A stretch of DNA of 63,522 nt, the filler included, from Basidiobolus ranarum (lineage: Eukaryota): the NCBI GenBank assembly GCA_040143965.1. It is 41 parts of 41 records of this genome, joined end to end, with 100 filler letters (N's around TTAATTAATTAA, not from the genome) between each part and the next. Parts side by side here need not be neighbours in the genome. Positions count along the whole stretch, not along the records: positions 1 to 1,458 come from JASJQH010005122.1; positions 1,559 to 3,016 come from JASJQH010005123.1; positions 3,117 to 4,574 come from JASJQH010005124.1; positions 4,675 to 6,132 come from JASJQH010005125.1; positions 6,233 to 7,690 come from JASJQH010005126.1; positions 7,791 to 9,247 come from JASJQH010005127.1; positions 9,348 to 10,803 come from JASJQH010005128.1; positions 10,904 to 12,359 come from JASJQH010005129.1; 33 more parts are not named here. One strand, 5' to 3'. A program made the position numbers and the translations under genes. The stretch's first letter is position 1. Every line of letters begins with the position of its first letter. The notes under the pieces are model-generated. The model was not told the DNA's origin, did no database searches, and was given only the letters and a program-made list of their open reading frames with translations. Positions 1 to 10,997 of this stretch are shown in pieces.

Positions 1-388
1 AAGATATTACCCATCATTCTCATGAGGAATTTACTTAGAAGTTTGAAGATATATAGATTTTGATAACTTGTGCTAGAAGCCCCAAACTTTGCACACATGT
101 TCCTAGGACCTTTCTTAACATATTCTACGCGTTAGTTTGTTTACATCTTGACAAAACTATAAGTGTCAACTGAATACTCAATAAATCAACAAGTGAAAGC
201 CACCAATTTCTCTATTTCTCCAAACCACTTCCAATAGGCTCCCAAAATACCTTAACAATACATAATCATACAGTTTGCTACCTAACTCAAACTTCTAAGT
301 AAATTCCTTTTGAGGTGATATCTTCGTTCAATATGGAATAACTAAATACTAAGCTATATATGACTATATAGGTGTTTAGGCTATGCAA
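1..388 (+). mobile_element. Rearranged LTR-like repeat fragments
   Basis: Similar sequence at ~49001-49407, where it follows a Copia RNase H and a purine tract and starts TGTTGA, and inverted at 9348-9575. Confidence 0.65.
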
Positions 389-1458
389 TTTCAACATATG
401 GGACCGCAAATCCTTAAGATAATTGAAATAAAAGATCTAGCTCCATTTGAATGTGACGGAACAAGATATTTCACCAATATAAAAAAAGAAATAAGATGGT
501 TGTGCGCCAAACCATTTCTTCACAATTACTTCTAACAGGTTATAATTCTGGTAATACTATAAATATTGAGAGAATATGAGGTTTGTGGAAGCAGCTTTAA
601 GAAATTAGATACCGATACTTTTGAAGGTAATGGACTTATAAACCCTTTAACTAAAGTGAACTTTAATGACTTTGAAATTTCAAGTGCAACATTACTAATT
701 CTCGGATAATTCACATGGTTCAAACTCGCATATATATTAAGGAACTAAGTGATATTTGATTAAATATTGTTAACTAACTTGGATGCGATATATGAAATAG
801 TTAGATATATAGAGATAGGGACAACAAATATGATAAGGGTAAGTCTGGGAAGTTCTGAACTAGGGCTGGGTGCTTGCACATTGTTCTGCAGTAAGACCCC
901 GTAGCTCTTCTAGCTTTCACCTCTATAATCCCTATAATTCAGAACAGTCGAGGCTCTTACTGTAAGATATCAACAGTACACTAATTTTACATATTTCACA
1001 CGTATATCACAAGCCCAATCACCAACGCCATGTAATCTACAAATAATACTAGCGCTCTTTTCAGTTCCTTAAACCATCGCTAATATTGTGTTATGAAAAC
1101 AAATTAAAATTGATGAGGAAACTAGGGTAAAAGTAAGCTTTTTCTGCATGATTCCAGATGTCCCGCTCTGGATGATTGGCCAACATAAACCAGTCGTTTA
1201 TGTTACCATACAGGGTAAAGTATCCGCCTGCTTATGGATGTTTAAAAGCTATATTTTATATATTATACATTCAGGGTTAGGATTCGAAAGTGTAATCAGT
1301 AAATTGGTTGCATTCTCTGTTCCCAAAATTCATATACGAAGAAGGTTTGTTGAGCAGTGCTTCCATGGACACGGTAAGGATACGAGAAATCCAGACGTCA
1401 ATTGACAAGTACCGAGCCAAGAATTGGGAAGAAAGAGTTCGGAAAGAGGACCTAGCTC

Positions 1459-1558
1459 NNNNNNNNNNNNNNNNNNNNNNNNNNNNNNNNNNNNNNNNNN
1501 NNTTAATTAATTAANNNNNNNNNNNNNNNNNNNNNNNNNNNNNNNNNNNNNNNNNNNN
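1459..1558. other. Artificial contig-joining linker (first of 40)
   Basis: N44-TTAATTAATTAA-N44 recurs about every 1.55 kb and puts stops in all six frames; flanking contigs decrease monotonically in length. Confidence 0.99.
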
Positions 1559-1634
1559 CACCCCACACACAAACCCACACCCAAACCCCTAACCATAACC
1601 CTACCCCTAACCCTAACCCTAACCCTAACCCTAA
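1559..1634 (+). repeat. Telomeric repeat (CCCTAA)n, degenerate distally
   Basis: Perfect CCCTAA units at ~1605-1634 and a degenerate C/A-rich tract out to the contig start; C-rich strand at the left end, as expected for a chromosome end. Confidence 0.85.
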
Positions 1635-2555
1635 TTTGGTGGGACTTCCTATTCGGTAAGTGTTTGCTATATATTTACTAAGATATTAGTGGAACTACAC
1701 CATCTATTTTTACACGGTTGGAGTACTTGAATTGAGGAGAAGCTACACTGGAAAGCATGACTAACATCATATGAAACACTCACCTTTAGACTCCGACCTT
1801 TCCGGTATACGCTGGAAGAATGACAACTTCTATTTTTCTCAACGCAACAGATTGGAAGCCAGATGACATTCAGGCATTCAAAAATACTGACAAATCTAAG
1901 ATCATCGAGTCACTCAGTGATACTCTTCTTGATAACCGCACTTCGTGTGGCTTAATGTTGAGAGAGGTCATCCATTTGACAAAGAGCGAAAGGATAGCTT
2001 TAGTATCGATTGAGGAAAAGATGCTGAAAAGATGGCATACTAGCCGCATTGTGTTGATAGGGGATGCTTGTCACAAGTTCAATCCTGTAATGGCGGCAGG
2101 AGGAAATCAAGCTTTCTTGGATGCAGTGGTGTTGGCTAATTGCATACACGATATAATAGATGCTACTCTGGAGACGATCAAATTAGCTTTCACGACATAT
2201 CGTTCATGCCGGTATCGGAGCTCGATGACGATGTACATTTTCAGCCGCACGGTTGCCAAACTTTTGCTGTGCCAGGTAAGTTATTAGAAATTCATGGAAT
2301 AATAATCCACTTTCGAGTGACGCATATATTTTACCTATAGACTTGGCTACAAAGGGTAATAGGGATTATTCTACTCAGCATTCCTGTTTTTTTATTAGAA
2401 ATTCTTTTCAAGCATCTCTTCTGTAAAGATCTTCCTCAGGCATCATTCTTGCCACCGATTCCTTCTACGGGTACGTCAAACCTTATCCACAGAAACATTC
2501 CACACGATTGGCTTATGATAAGCCAGTTGTATGCAGTATTGAAGGCACACTTTAG
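1635..2555 (+). pseudogene. 5'-truncated, frameshifted FAD-dependent monooxygenase
   Basis: WHTSRIVLIGDACHKFNPVMAAGGNQAFLDAVVLAN (GD FAD motif); GT-AG introns 1656-1789 and 2276-2340; last exon needs frameshifts near 2362 and 2478 to read TWLQR...PQASFLPP...PYPQKHS. Confidence 0.8.
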
Positions 2556-3116
2556 AATGGCTTGCAACTAGTAAAGGCGCACTGTTAGATCCATTTGTGT
2601 TGAATTTGAAAATTCTATTAATATATCTGATTAAAGTTGCATTACCATAGAATGTTCAGAATTTATTCTTTGGGGAATGGCTGATTTTTCAACAAGTTAC
2701 TTGGTATTAGCTAATTTTTGCGTTCATTGTTATGCTTGCATTAAGCTTGTAAACTTATTATGTTTCTATGACAGAAATGTAATTTCTTTTGTTTTGTCCA
2801 AGAGAAAAATCACAAAAATTCCTTGCCTCTACTGAACCAAGCAAGTAGTTGCACTTGTGCTCAAAACTGATTCTTTTTTTTGCATGCATTTTTCCAACAT
2901 CAATAACTGTTGGATAATTAATCTTTATTCAACATCATAGTTAACTTTAGTTATGATACATATATCAGAAACAGAAAGCAACGTATCTACAGCCCCTATA
3001 TTCTAAATAGGAATATNNNNNNNNNNNNNNNNNNNNNNNNNNNNNNNNNNNNNNNNNNNNTTAATTAATTAANNNNNNNNNNNNNNNNNNNNNNNNNNNN
3101 NNNNNNNNNNNNNNNN

Positions 3117-3386
3117 TGTAGACTTCTGGTACAAGCAGTAATTTCAAAAGAGGAAAATATGGAGTATGGTGACTGCATCTGAACACAAAGTCTAAGACCA
3201 ATCAGTTGCTTGTATAGCTGAAATCCCAAAGTACCATACATTGACAGACTAGGTTAAGGTTCCCTAGCAATATAGGCATAGCATACAAGGACTGGTAGCT
3301 CAGTGGTTAGAGCACCTTGCTAGAGTGAAGGAAGCCCCAGGTTCAAATCCTGGCCAGACCAATATTTCTACCTAAATAATTTCACA
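3117..3386 (+). mobile_element. LTR (probably solo) carrying a tRNA-like sequence, inserted in a Copia pol
   Basis: Ends TTTCACA, after which Copia pol resumes (CKATSEG...); its 5' part matches the inverted copy at 7791-7901 that begins TGTTGAAAG. Confidence 0.7.
3289..3361 (+). tRNA. tRNA-like/pseudo-tRNA (nominal anticodon AGA, no long variable arm)
   Basis: 73-nt cloverleaf: GGACTGG/CCAGACC, GCTC/GAGC, CCTTG-CTAGAGT-GAAGG, CCAGG-TTCAAAT-CCTGG; intact A and B boxes; one mismatch each in acceptor and anticodon stems. Confidence 0.7.
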
Positions 3387-3850
3387 TATGCAAGGCCACC
3401 TCAGAAGGGATAAAATTCAATTTTTATAAGTTAGGATGCACCATCACTAATCAAAATGGTAATTATTTAGCCTTGGGAGAAAAGGTTCAGAACTTATACA
3501 GAATTACATATAATCCAAGAGGTTTATATATGAGTAGAGCTTATTCCTATCAAGAAACTACCCAATTATGCATAAGAGATTTGGCTATATTGGATTTGAT
3601 TATTTGAACAAAATGATCCATAATCACCTAATTTCTGGAAATCAACTTAACCACCCAACCAAACTGGAAATTTGAGAAGGTTGTATACATGGAAAACAAG
3701 CCAGGCAACCATTCAAGAGCTCAGGTTTAATCAAAGTTATCAAAAAATTAGATCTAACTCATTCAGATTTGTATGGACCTATGCAAAATGTATCTTTAGG
3801 TGGGAAAGGGTATTTAATCACATTTATTCATGATTGTATAAGAAACACTT
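3387..3850 (+). mobile_element. Degenerate Ty1/Copia pre-integrase/integrase fragment
   Basis: CKATSEG...NLYRITYNPRG...CIHGKQARQPF...IHSDLYGPM-like motifs; homologous to the ORF at 61077-61559. Confidence 0.85.
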
Positions 3851-3854
3851 AGGT

Positions 3855-4574
3855 TTGCTAAAAGTGTTTAAGAGATTTGGAAGTGTTTTGGACCAGATTT
3901 GGATTTGTGAGTTAGACACTTAAGTTTTATTGAATTGAATATGCCCTATTTATAGTTTACTATGAAATAGGACTCTTGACCATAATTAGATTGTAACAAA
4001 CATGCCTATAAAGCATGGGTGAAGATTTGAGATGAGTTGGAAAGTTTTGAGAAAATAGTGAAATATGGTCAAAGTGATCTAGTTGATATTTCTATTAATT
4101 AGAGCAATAAACACATGATTTTCAATGGCACAAATTGAGTGCTAAATAGTAAGAATATGAATAAACTAACTACTAAATAATGAGTTGCTATTTACCTAAT
4201 TTCAACATTCCCACTCAACCAATTATTTTGCATTTTTCTTAAACCTCACTTGCATCTTAATAATTCAAATTGTGCTTTAGCTAAAGGTTTGGTTAAGATG
4301 TCAGCAATCATTTCTTCAGTAGGGCAATAGACAAGGTCAATTATATCATTCTTTATTGCTTCTCTAACAAAATGATGCCTATTATCTATATATTTTGTTC
4401 TAGCATGAAATGTAGTGCTTTTAGCTAATCAAATACAGCTTTAATTAACTTCAAATACAGTAATAGCACATTTTTGCATGTATCCCAAGTCTGTAAATAA
4501 CTTCCTTAAACACATAGCGCTTGTGTAGTAGCAGAGGCATCCATGTACTCTGCTTCAGTTGTGGAAAGTGCTAT
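3855..4574 (-). mobile_element. Copia RNase H end, polypurine tract and 3' LTR
   Basis: KHIDIRHHF-like and YCPTEEMIADILTKPL motifs, then GAGTGGGAA and TGTTGAAATTAGG; LTR recurs near 8320-8668, 12868-13215, 28805-28970 and 49703-49895. Confidence 0.85.
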
Positions 4575-4674
4575 NNNNNNNNNNNNNNNNNNNNNNNNNN
4601 NNNNNNNNNNNNNNNNNNTTAATTAATTAANNNNNNNNNNNNNNNNNNNNNNNNNNNNNNNNNNNNNNNNNNNN

Positions 4675-6132
4675 AAATAATGCATGCCAAAAACAAGGAT
4701 AAATACTTTACCATACATGAATACTGTCATAATACAATCATGAAGCTGCTATCTCACTACCAAAATCCCTGGCACTATGCAAGCCTCCAATACTGTGATG
4801 GTCCTTTGAGGGTTTGCAATCCAGAAGGGTGGATTCAAACTGGGTCAAGTTGATGGTATTTTTGTTAGGGTGTCAACAAAGCTTTGAGATAAAGCATAGC
4901 CAATGGACCAAGTGGGTAAAACTAAAGTTATTTTGGTGCAATTATTACCATCAATATATGGACTAATGTTCACCAATAACAAAGATTTGGTAAAAAACCA
5001 TTGCTTTTGTCTTCAACATCTGATATACTACCATTGGTACTGGAATAACCAAGGTCAACATCTAGCAGCAAGTCCTCAAAGTTGTCTGGACCTACTGATT
5101 CAACCAAAGTTGCATTTTGACCTACATCATTCTGGTCATATAATTGTGGTAACTACACGGTATCTTGACTTTTAGCAGTGTTACCAAAACTTTGAGGCAA
5201 ACTACAGTCAGTGGACTCAGTGGGCAAAATTAAAGTTGATTTTGCGCACTTATTACTAAGTGTTATGCATTGACTAATGCTTGCCAGTAACAAAGAGTCT
5301 GTAACAAAACCATTGTCTTTTTCTTCAACTTCTGATATACCACCATCAGTACTGGAATAACCAAGGTCAACATCTGGCAGCAAGTCCTCAAAGTTGTCTG
5401 GACTTACTGGTTCAACCAAAGTTGAATATCTACATACATCATTCTGGTCATATAACTGTGATAAATCCATGGCATCTTGACTTTTGGCAATGTTGCTAAA
5501 ACTTTGAGGCAAAGCTCAGCCAGTGGACTCAGGGGAAGAACTAGAGTTGATTTTGTGCATGGATTATTGTTGATATTCACCAGGTTTTGTGCAGCTAGTA
5601 CCTTTGTACCATGACTCTGGCTGTGCTTATTTTTTCCATAAAGCCTCCTGCTTTCATAGCATAAGAAACTATGGCAATATTAGCATAGCTTCTTTGAATA
5701 TCTGTGTTGCAGCATGGGCAGGTAATTGTAGAAAAAAAAACACCCACTACATAAGGATGGTATTTCAGATATATTCTTTCAATATCATCAGCTGATTCTG
5801 ACATGTTGTCACAGATGAGTCATCATGATTTGACAAGATATTTCCAGTAATGGTTAACAACTTTGGTTTCTCACAAGTTCTTTATTCGTATTTTCATTAT
5901 ATCAAGTTTACCACCTTAATATTGCATTGGCATTAAAAAAGCATTCAAAATCTAAATCAAAATTGACATGCAAGCAAAAGCCTGCTGGCAAGAAAGGAAA
6001 AAACCAGCAAGAACAGAAGTCCTAATTGCTGAGCTGTCCAGTGATGCACTATCCACTTTGGAAGGCATTAATATGCCAGAAACTAAGTTGAGTGGCAACA
6101 AAGCAACAATGAACTGAAAAATGTGTTCCTTT
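4675..6132. mobile_element. Nested fragments of the CMC/EnSpm-like DNA transposon
   Basis: Terminus TGTTAGGG at 4863-4870; remainder homologous to 37309-38247 and 43509-44957. Confidence 0.75.
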
Positions 6133-6476
6133 NNNNNNNNNNNNNNNNNNNNNNNNNNNNNNNNNNNNNNNNNNNNTTAATTAATTAANNNNNNNNNNNN
6201 NNNNNNNNNNNNNNNNNNNNNNNNNNNNNNNNAATGGATGAATATGAAACTAGCATGCACAGTTTCGTGGCTATAAGAGTGGCTATAAACATAGAGTGGT
6301 AGTAAGTTGTATTCATCATTCATACTCACCTTCATTCATACTCGCTCTATACCGCAACCAGTTATCCGAACCATTAGAAATCAATACTTCCTAAATAGGT
6401 AAGAAGTCAACATCACACATTGACAACGTAGATATACAACTAACCTTATCTTGTACTAATTAGCATATCACACAAC

Positions 6477-7690
6477 ATGTCTCAATCAAGCAACAACATG
6501 AATTTACTACAAGCCCTCGTTAACACAGCCAAGAACTATCCAACGAGTGGCCTTTACTACATTAACAATTCCGACGATATTGCAAATCCTTCCTTCGACA
6601 GTTACCCCAGTCTTCTTAGACGGGCATATAATATTGGCCAAGAGCTACGTCCACTCACACAAAATACCTCTCGCCAAATAGTTGTACTGTATTTTGACAA
6701 TCATCAGGATACAATCGAGCACTTTTGGGGATCGTTAGCTGCTGGTTTTCTACCGTGTATTCTTGGGACATTGAAAGGTGATGATGAGAAAAAGGAAATG
6801 GAACTCTCACATCTCGATACTCTTTTCAACAAGCCCATCTTTCTCTGCCGCCAGAAAGATTGCCAAGAGCTCACTTCTTTGGCTCCAAATTTGAATGTTC
6901 AACCGGTTGACTGTTTTAAAGCCCGAGAGAGCCTTGATGCTAATACTGATATTACTGGACTCGAATCACTGAATCTCAGCAGTCACAACGCCGTAAACGA
7001 AGTAGCTATTCTGTTACTCACCTCCGGCTCTACTGGAAATTCAAAAGCTGTCGAACATACTAATGCAAATGTGCTTATTGCAGCCAAGTACAAGGTTGAC
7101 GATTATCAGCTTGAATCCACAGACACCATATTGAATTGGGTCGGATGCGACCATGTGGCTGGGCTAATTGAGAATCATATCACACCCCTTGTAGCAGGAG
7201 CAAATCAAGTTCAAGTAGCAGCGTCAGTGATCACCTTGGAGCCACTGACACTTTTAGACATTGCTGAAGTATTCGAAGTAGGCTATACTTTTGCTCCCAA
7301 CTTTTTGTTAGCCAACATTGAGAAAGATCTGAGAACCAAGCTTCAGGCGACTTCATCACAAGCACCACTCTACAACTTATCCAAGCTGAAGCGCATCAAC
7401 TCTGGAGGAGAGGCCAATTTGGTAGATTTAGGGAATCAACTCTTACTCACATTGAAAGAAGCAAAGTCCAAGTTTACTGGGATCATAGCGCCAGGCTTTG
7501 GAATGACGGAGACTTGCGCTGGTTGTATCTATAACAAACAGTTTCCATTCAGTGATACTGGGAAGGAATTTGGTACGTTAGGGCATCCTTCCAGCGAAGT
7601 ATGTTTGCGAATTGTCGATGATGATGATCAAATATTGCCAGCTGGCTCATGCGGGAATCTGCAAATATCGTGCCCTCAGCTATTCAAGGG
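6477..7690 (+). CDS. NRPS-like enzyme adenylation domain, alpha-keto-acid-dimerising (quinone/furanone synthetase) type; 3' truncated
   Basis: LTSGSTGNSKAV, LNWVGCDHVAGLIENH, TFAPNFLL, SGGEAN, PGFGMTETCAGCIY; intact intronless ORF; 5'UTR intron 6399-6463. Confidence 0.85.
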
Positions 7691-7790
7691 NNNNNNNNNN
7701 NNNNNNNNNNNNNNNNNNNNNNNNNNNNNNNNNNTTAATTAATTAANNNNNNNNNNNNNNNNNNNNNNNNNNNNNNNNNNNNNNNNNNNN

Positions 7791-7901
7791 TATACAAGCA
7801 ACTGATTGGCCTTAGACTTTGTGTTCAGATGCAGCCACCATACTCCATATTTTCCTCTTTGGGAATTACTGCTTGTACCACAAGTCACCAGACTTTCAAC
7901 A
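7791..7901 (-). mobile_element. 5' end of a second copy of the tRNA-bearing LTR
   Basis: Reverse complement matches 3117-3216; starts TGTTGAAAG and interrupts Copia gag-protease just before the expected WYIDSGA motif. Confidence 0.75.
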
Positions 7902-9247
7902 GTTTCTGAGTTATTCTTAGTGGTTACTGATAGGGCACGCACAAGTAGATTATTCCTGTAAGTACCAACCTGATTTGCTTGTTCAATCTTAGCTTTTAGC
8001 AAAAATCCTTTTTGTGCAATCTTTGATTAAATGGCCTGGTTTCTTGCAATCATGGCATATGATTGATTTCCTATTATAAGGAGCATCATTACTAGACATT
8101 TTACGGCTCAAAAAAATGCCTGCTCAGCATTATTAGCTGAAAATTATATCTTGCCAATTCCTCATTCAAAAGCCTAGCACCACTATATTTGCTTGTTAAT
8201 GGCTTGGATCTGGATTCAAGAGCATTTATGAGGTTCTCAAACTTGTCTGGCATGCTCCTAAGTAGTGCCATGACCAAGTCATCTTCATTTGGAGGTGCTC
8301 CAATGGATGAGAGCTGCTCTTGATAAAAGTGTTAATGGGATTTGGGAGTGTTTTGTACAAGATTTGGTTTGTGAATTGGACACTTAAGTTTTGTTGTATT
8401 GAATATGTTCTATTTGTAGTTTACTCTGAAAAAGAACTTTGGACATGCTTAAATCATAACAAACATGCCTGTTAAGCATGGGTGAAAATGTGTGGTGCTT
8501 TGGAGAAGATTTGAGGAAATAGTAAAAATTGATAAAAGTTAACTAATTGATCTTTCAATCAATTAGAGAAATAAACATACTTCTTTGAATGACATAATTG
8601 AGTACTAATTAATCAAAAAATGAATAAACTCACTGCTAATTTATGAGTTGAAATTTACCTAATTTCAATATTTCCACTCAACCAATTATTTTGTATTTCT
8701 CCTAAACCTAAATTATACTGTAGTAATTCAAATTGTGCTTTAGCTAAATATTTGGTTACAATGTCAGCAATGATGACTTCAGTAGGGCAATAGACAAGTT
8801 TAATCATATCATTCTCTATTGCTTCTCTACTAAAATGCTGTCTAATATCTATATCTTTTGTTCTAGCATGAAATGTTGGGTTTGTAGCTAATGAAATACA
8901 ACTTTGAGCATCTTCAAATACAGTCATAGCACATTTTTGCTTGTATCCCAAGTCTGTAAATTACTCAACCACATAGCTTCTTGTGTAGTAGCAGAGGCAG
9001 CCATATACTCTGCTTCTGCAATGAAAAGTGCTATGGTTGGTTGCTTCTTACTATTGCAAGTTATGGCTCCATTACCAAAGTAAAAAGTGTACCCAGTTGT
9101 TGATCTATTATCATCAAGATTTCTTCCCCAGTCTGCATCTGATCAAATCATAGCAGTTAAGCGGATTTTCAGATATTTGAAAGGTACTGTGGATCTATGC
9201 TTAAAATACACATATTCTGGATCAAACTTTGATCTGATGGGATATTC
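7902..9247 (-). mobile_element. Nested Copia gag (zinc knuckle), LTR and RNase H fragments
   Basis: CHDCKKPGHLIKDC knuckle; FHARTKDIDIRQHF; YCPTEVIIADIVTK. Confidence 0.85.
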
Positions 9248-9576
9248 NNNNNNNNNNNNNNNNNNNNNNNNNNNNNNNNNNNNNNNNNNNNTTAATTAAT
9301 TAANNNNNNNNNNNNNNNNNNNNNNNNNNNNNNNNNNNNNNNNNNNNACTAACATGTAGAATATGTTAAGGAAGGTCCTAGGAACATGTGTGCAAAGCTT
9401 GGGGCTTCTAGCACAAGTTTGAGAAATCTATATATCTGAGAACTTTTAAGTTGGTAAAAATATACTCAGTGAATTCCAATTGAGAATGATGTATAATATC
9501 TTTGTGAGATATAAGATAACTAAGTACTAAGCTATATATGAATATATAGGTGCTTAGGCAATGCTAATTTCAACAG

Positions 9577-10803
9577 CATCTACACACATTGGCAGATCTC
9601 AGGCAGATATAGCTACTATGCAAAGATTTTGGAATTGGATATTAAAACCTTTATTACAGGTTTAAGGAAGATAGACTGAATCTATGTTGGTATTCAATAC
9701 ATTACCTGCTGCATCTTTCACAATGCTTAGAGATTATTGGCCCTTGCCATATGTACTGGGAGTTCCCCATGGATTGCATCTGCAGTCAAATGATGCTCAA
9801 TGTAAAAATGTCAGTATTACCATATATTAATCTCATTAACAATGTAACAGAAAAATCTGTGATGGATGTAATGCAATGGGTTATGCAATGGATTAAGGAG
9901 ACTGCAGAGTATATTAACCTTCCAACAAAGGGCTTTTTTCCATGTGCTCATGGGTTTTTGCATTGTTTGAGCGCAATGACAGTAACAAAACTCAATCCAT
10001 GGATACAGAGTAAGTATGTCTATAATGTGGACTAAATTGCTTGTGCGATGATCCCTAACAGAAATTTGAGGATTGTTATGGTAGGAAAACCATCACAATT
10101 TTAATCCATCTGGGATTGACTGTTTACTTACCATCATAAATTTGTGAAGTTAGATTTGGTTTTAATCAATTTTTTTAGTTTCAGGGGTGAAATTTCAAGA
10201 TCTCACAAACTAGTTGCACATGATTGGCTAAAGTCTCAGAGAACTATGAAAGAACACATGTGAGAAAAGCGTAACTCAAATTTTACACAATTACCACATG
10301 AATGCTAATTTGTCAACTTCAAAATCCCTAGTCTCTTTGATATATTCTCCTGAATATTTTTATAGAGTTCTTCATACCCAAGGTTTAGCTCATACCCAAC
10401 ACAAGTTTGTGTCAATATCTCCATCAAAGCCCACCATTGTATTAATGTTTCTAAATCAACATTCCTCCAGCCATCTGGCAGATACCCTGCAATATTGTGC
10501 CACTCTGTATTAAGTTCTTCCCAGATTTCTGCACTGTCAACACCAGACTGAATGTCAAGTTGAATGTTCCTCTTCTGAAGCCACTTGATGCATACTTGCA
10601 CTGTGTTATTCCCTTCATACTTTTGAAAATACTCCTCAAGCACTTAGACTATTTTTGTATATCCTTGTAGTGTGACACTACTGAGGGGGCTTTGTGGTGT
10701 TTGTGTGGCTTTTTGCTTGCGTTTACCTTTGGGACTAATTTCAACACTTCAAAAAGCACCAGTTGAGGTTGAAGAGCCATGAGTTTTATTTGCTTGTGTT
10801 TTG
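9577..10803. mobile_element. CMC/EnSpm transposase fragment interrupted by the terminus of another copy
   Basis: IHYLLHLSQCLEIIGPCHMYWEFPMD motif; CCCTAACAGAAAT terminus at 10053 followed by the accessory-ORF 3' end on the minus strand. Confidence 0.8.
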
Positions 10804-10903
10804 NNNNNNNNNNNNNNNNNNNNNNNNNNNNNNNNNNNNNNNNNNNNTTAATTAATTAANNNNNNNNNNNNNNNNNNNNNNNNNNNNNNNNNNNNNNNNN
10901 NNN

Positions 10904-10997
10904 GGCGTGGTGGAGGCTGAACCATTTCCATATGCGCGACGGTCAACGTCACGAACGCAACTAGGTAAAGAGCATATTGCAAGAAATTAGAGAACAT
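10904..10997 (-). CDS. N-terminus of a secreted His1 protein, probable lytic polysaccharide monooxygenase (AA11-like)
   Basis: MFSNFLQYALYLVAFVTLTVA|HMEMVQPPPR: signal peptide leaving an N-terminal His; only 31 codons visible. Confidence 0.65.

Noticed and set aside
1365-1458. Possible gene start MDTVRIREIQTSIDKYRAKNWEERVRKEDLA
   Set aside because: Only 31 codons at a contig end with no identifiable family.
1503-1514. Regularly spaced TTAATTAATTAA palindromes resembling a repeat array or CRISPR
   Set aside because: Always centred in N runs; an artificial six-frame-stop linker. ORFs ending in X...LIN are artefacts.
3289-3361. Functional recoding tRNA (AGA anticodon on a non-Ser body)
   Set aside because: Mismatches in the acceptor and anticodon stems, no oligo-T terminator and location inside an LTR favour a TE-borne tRNA-like promoter.
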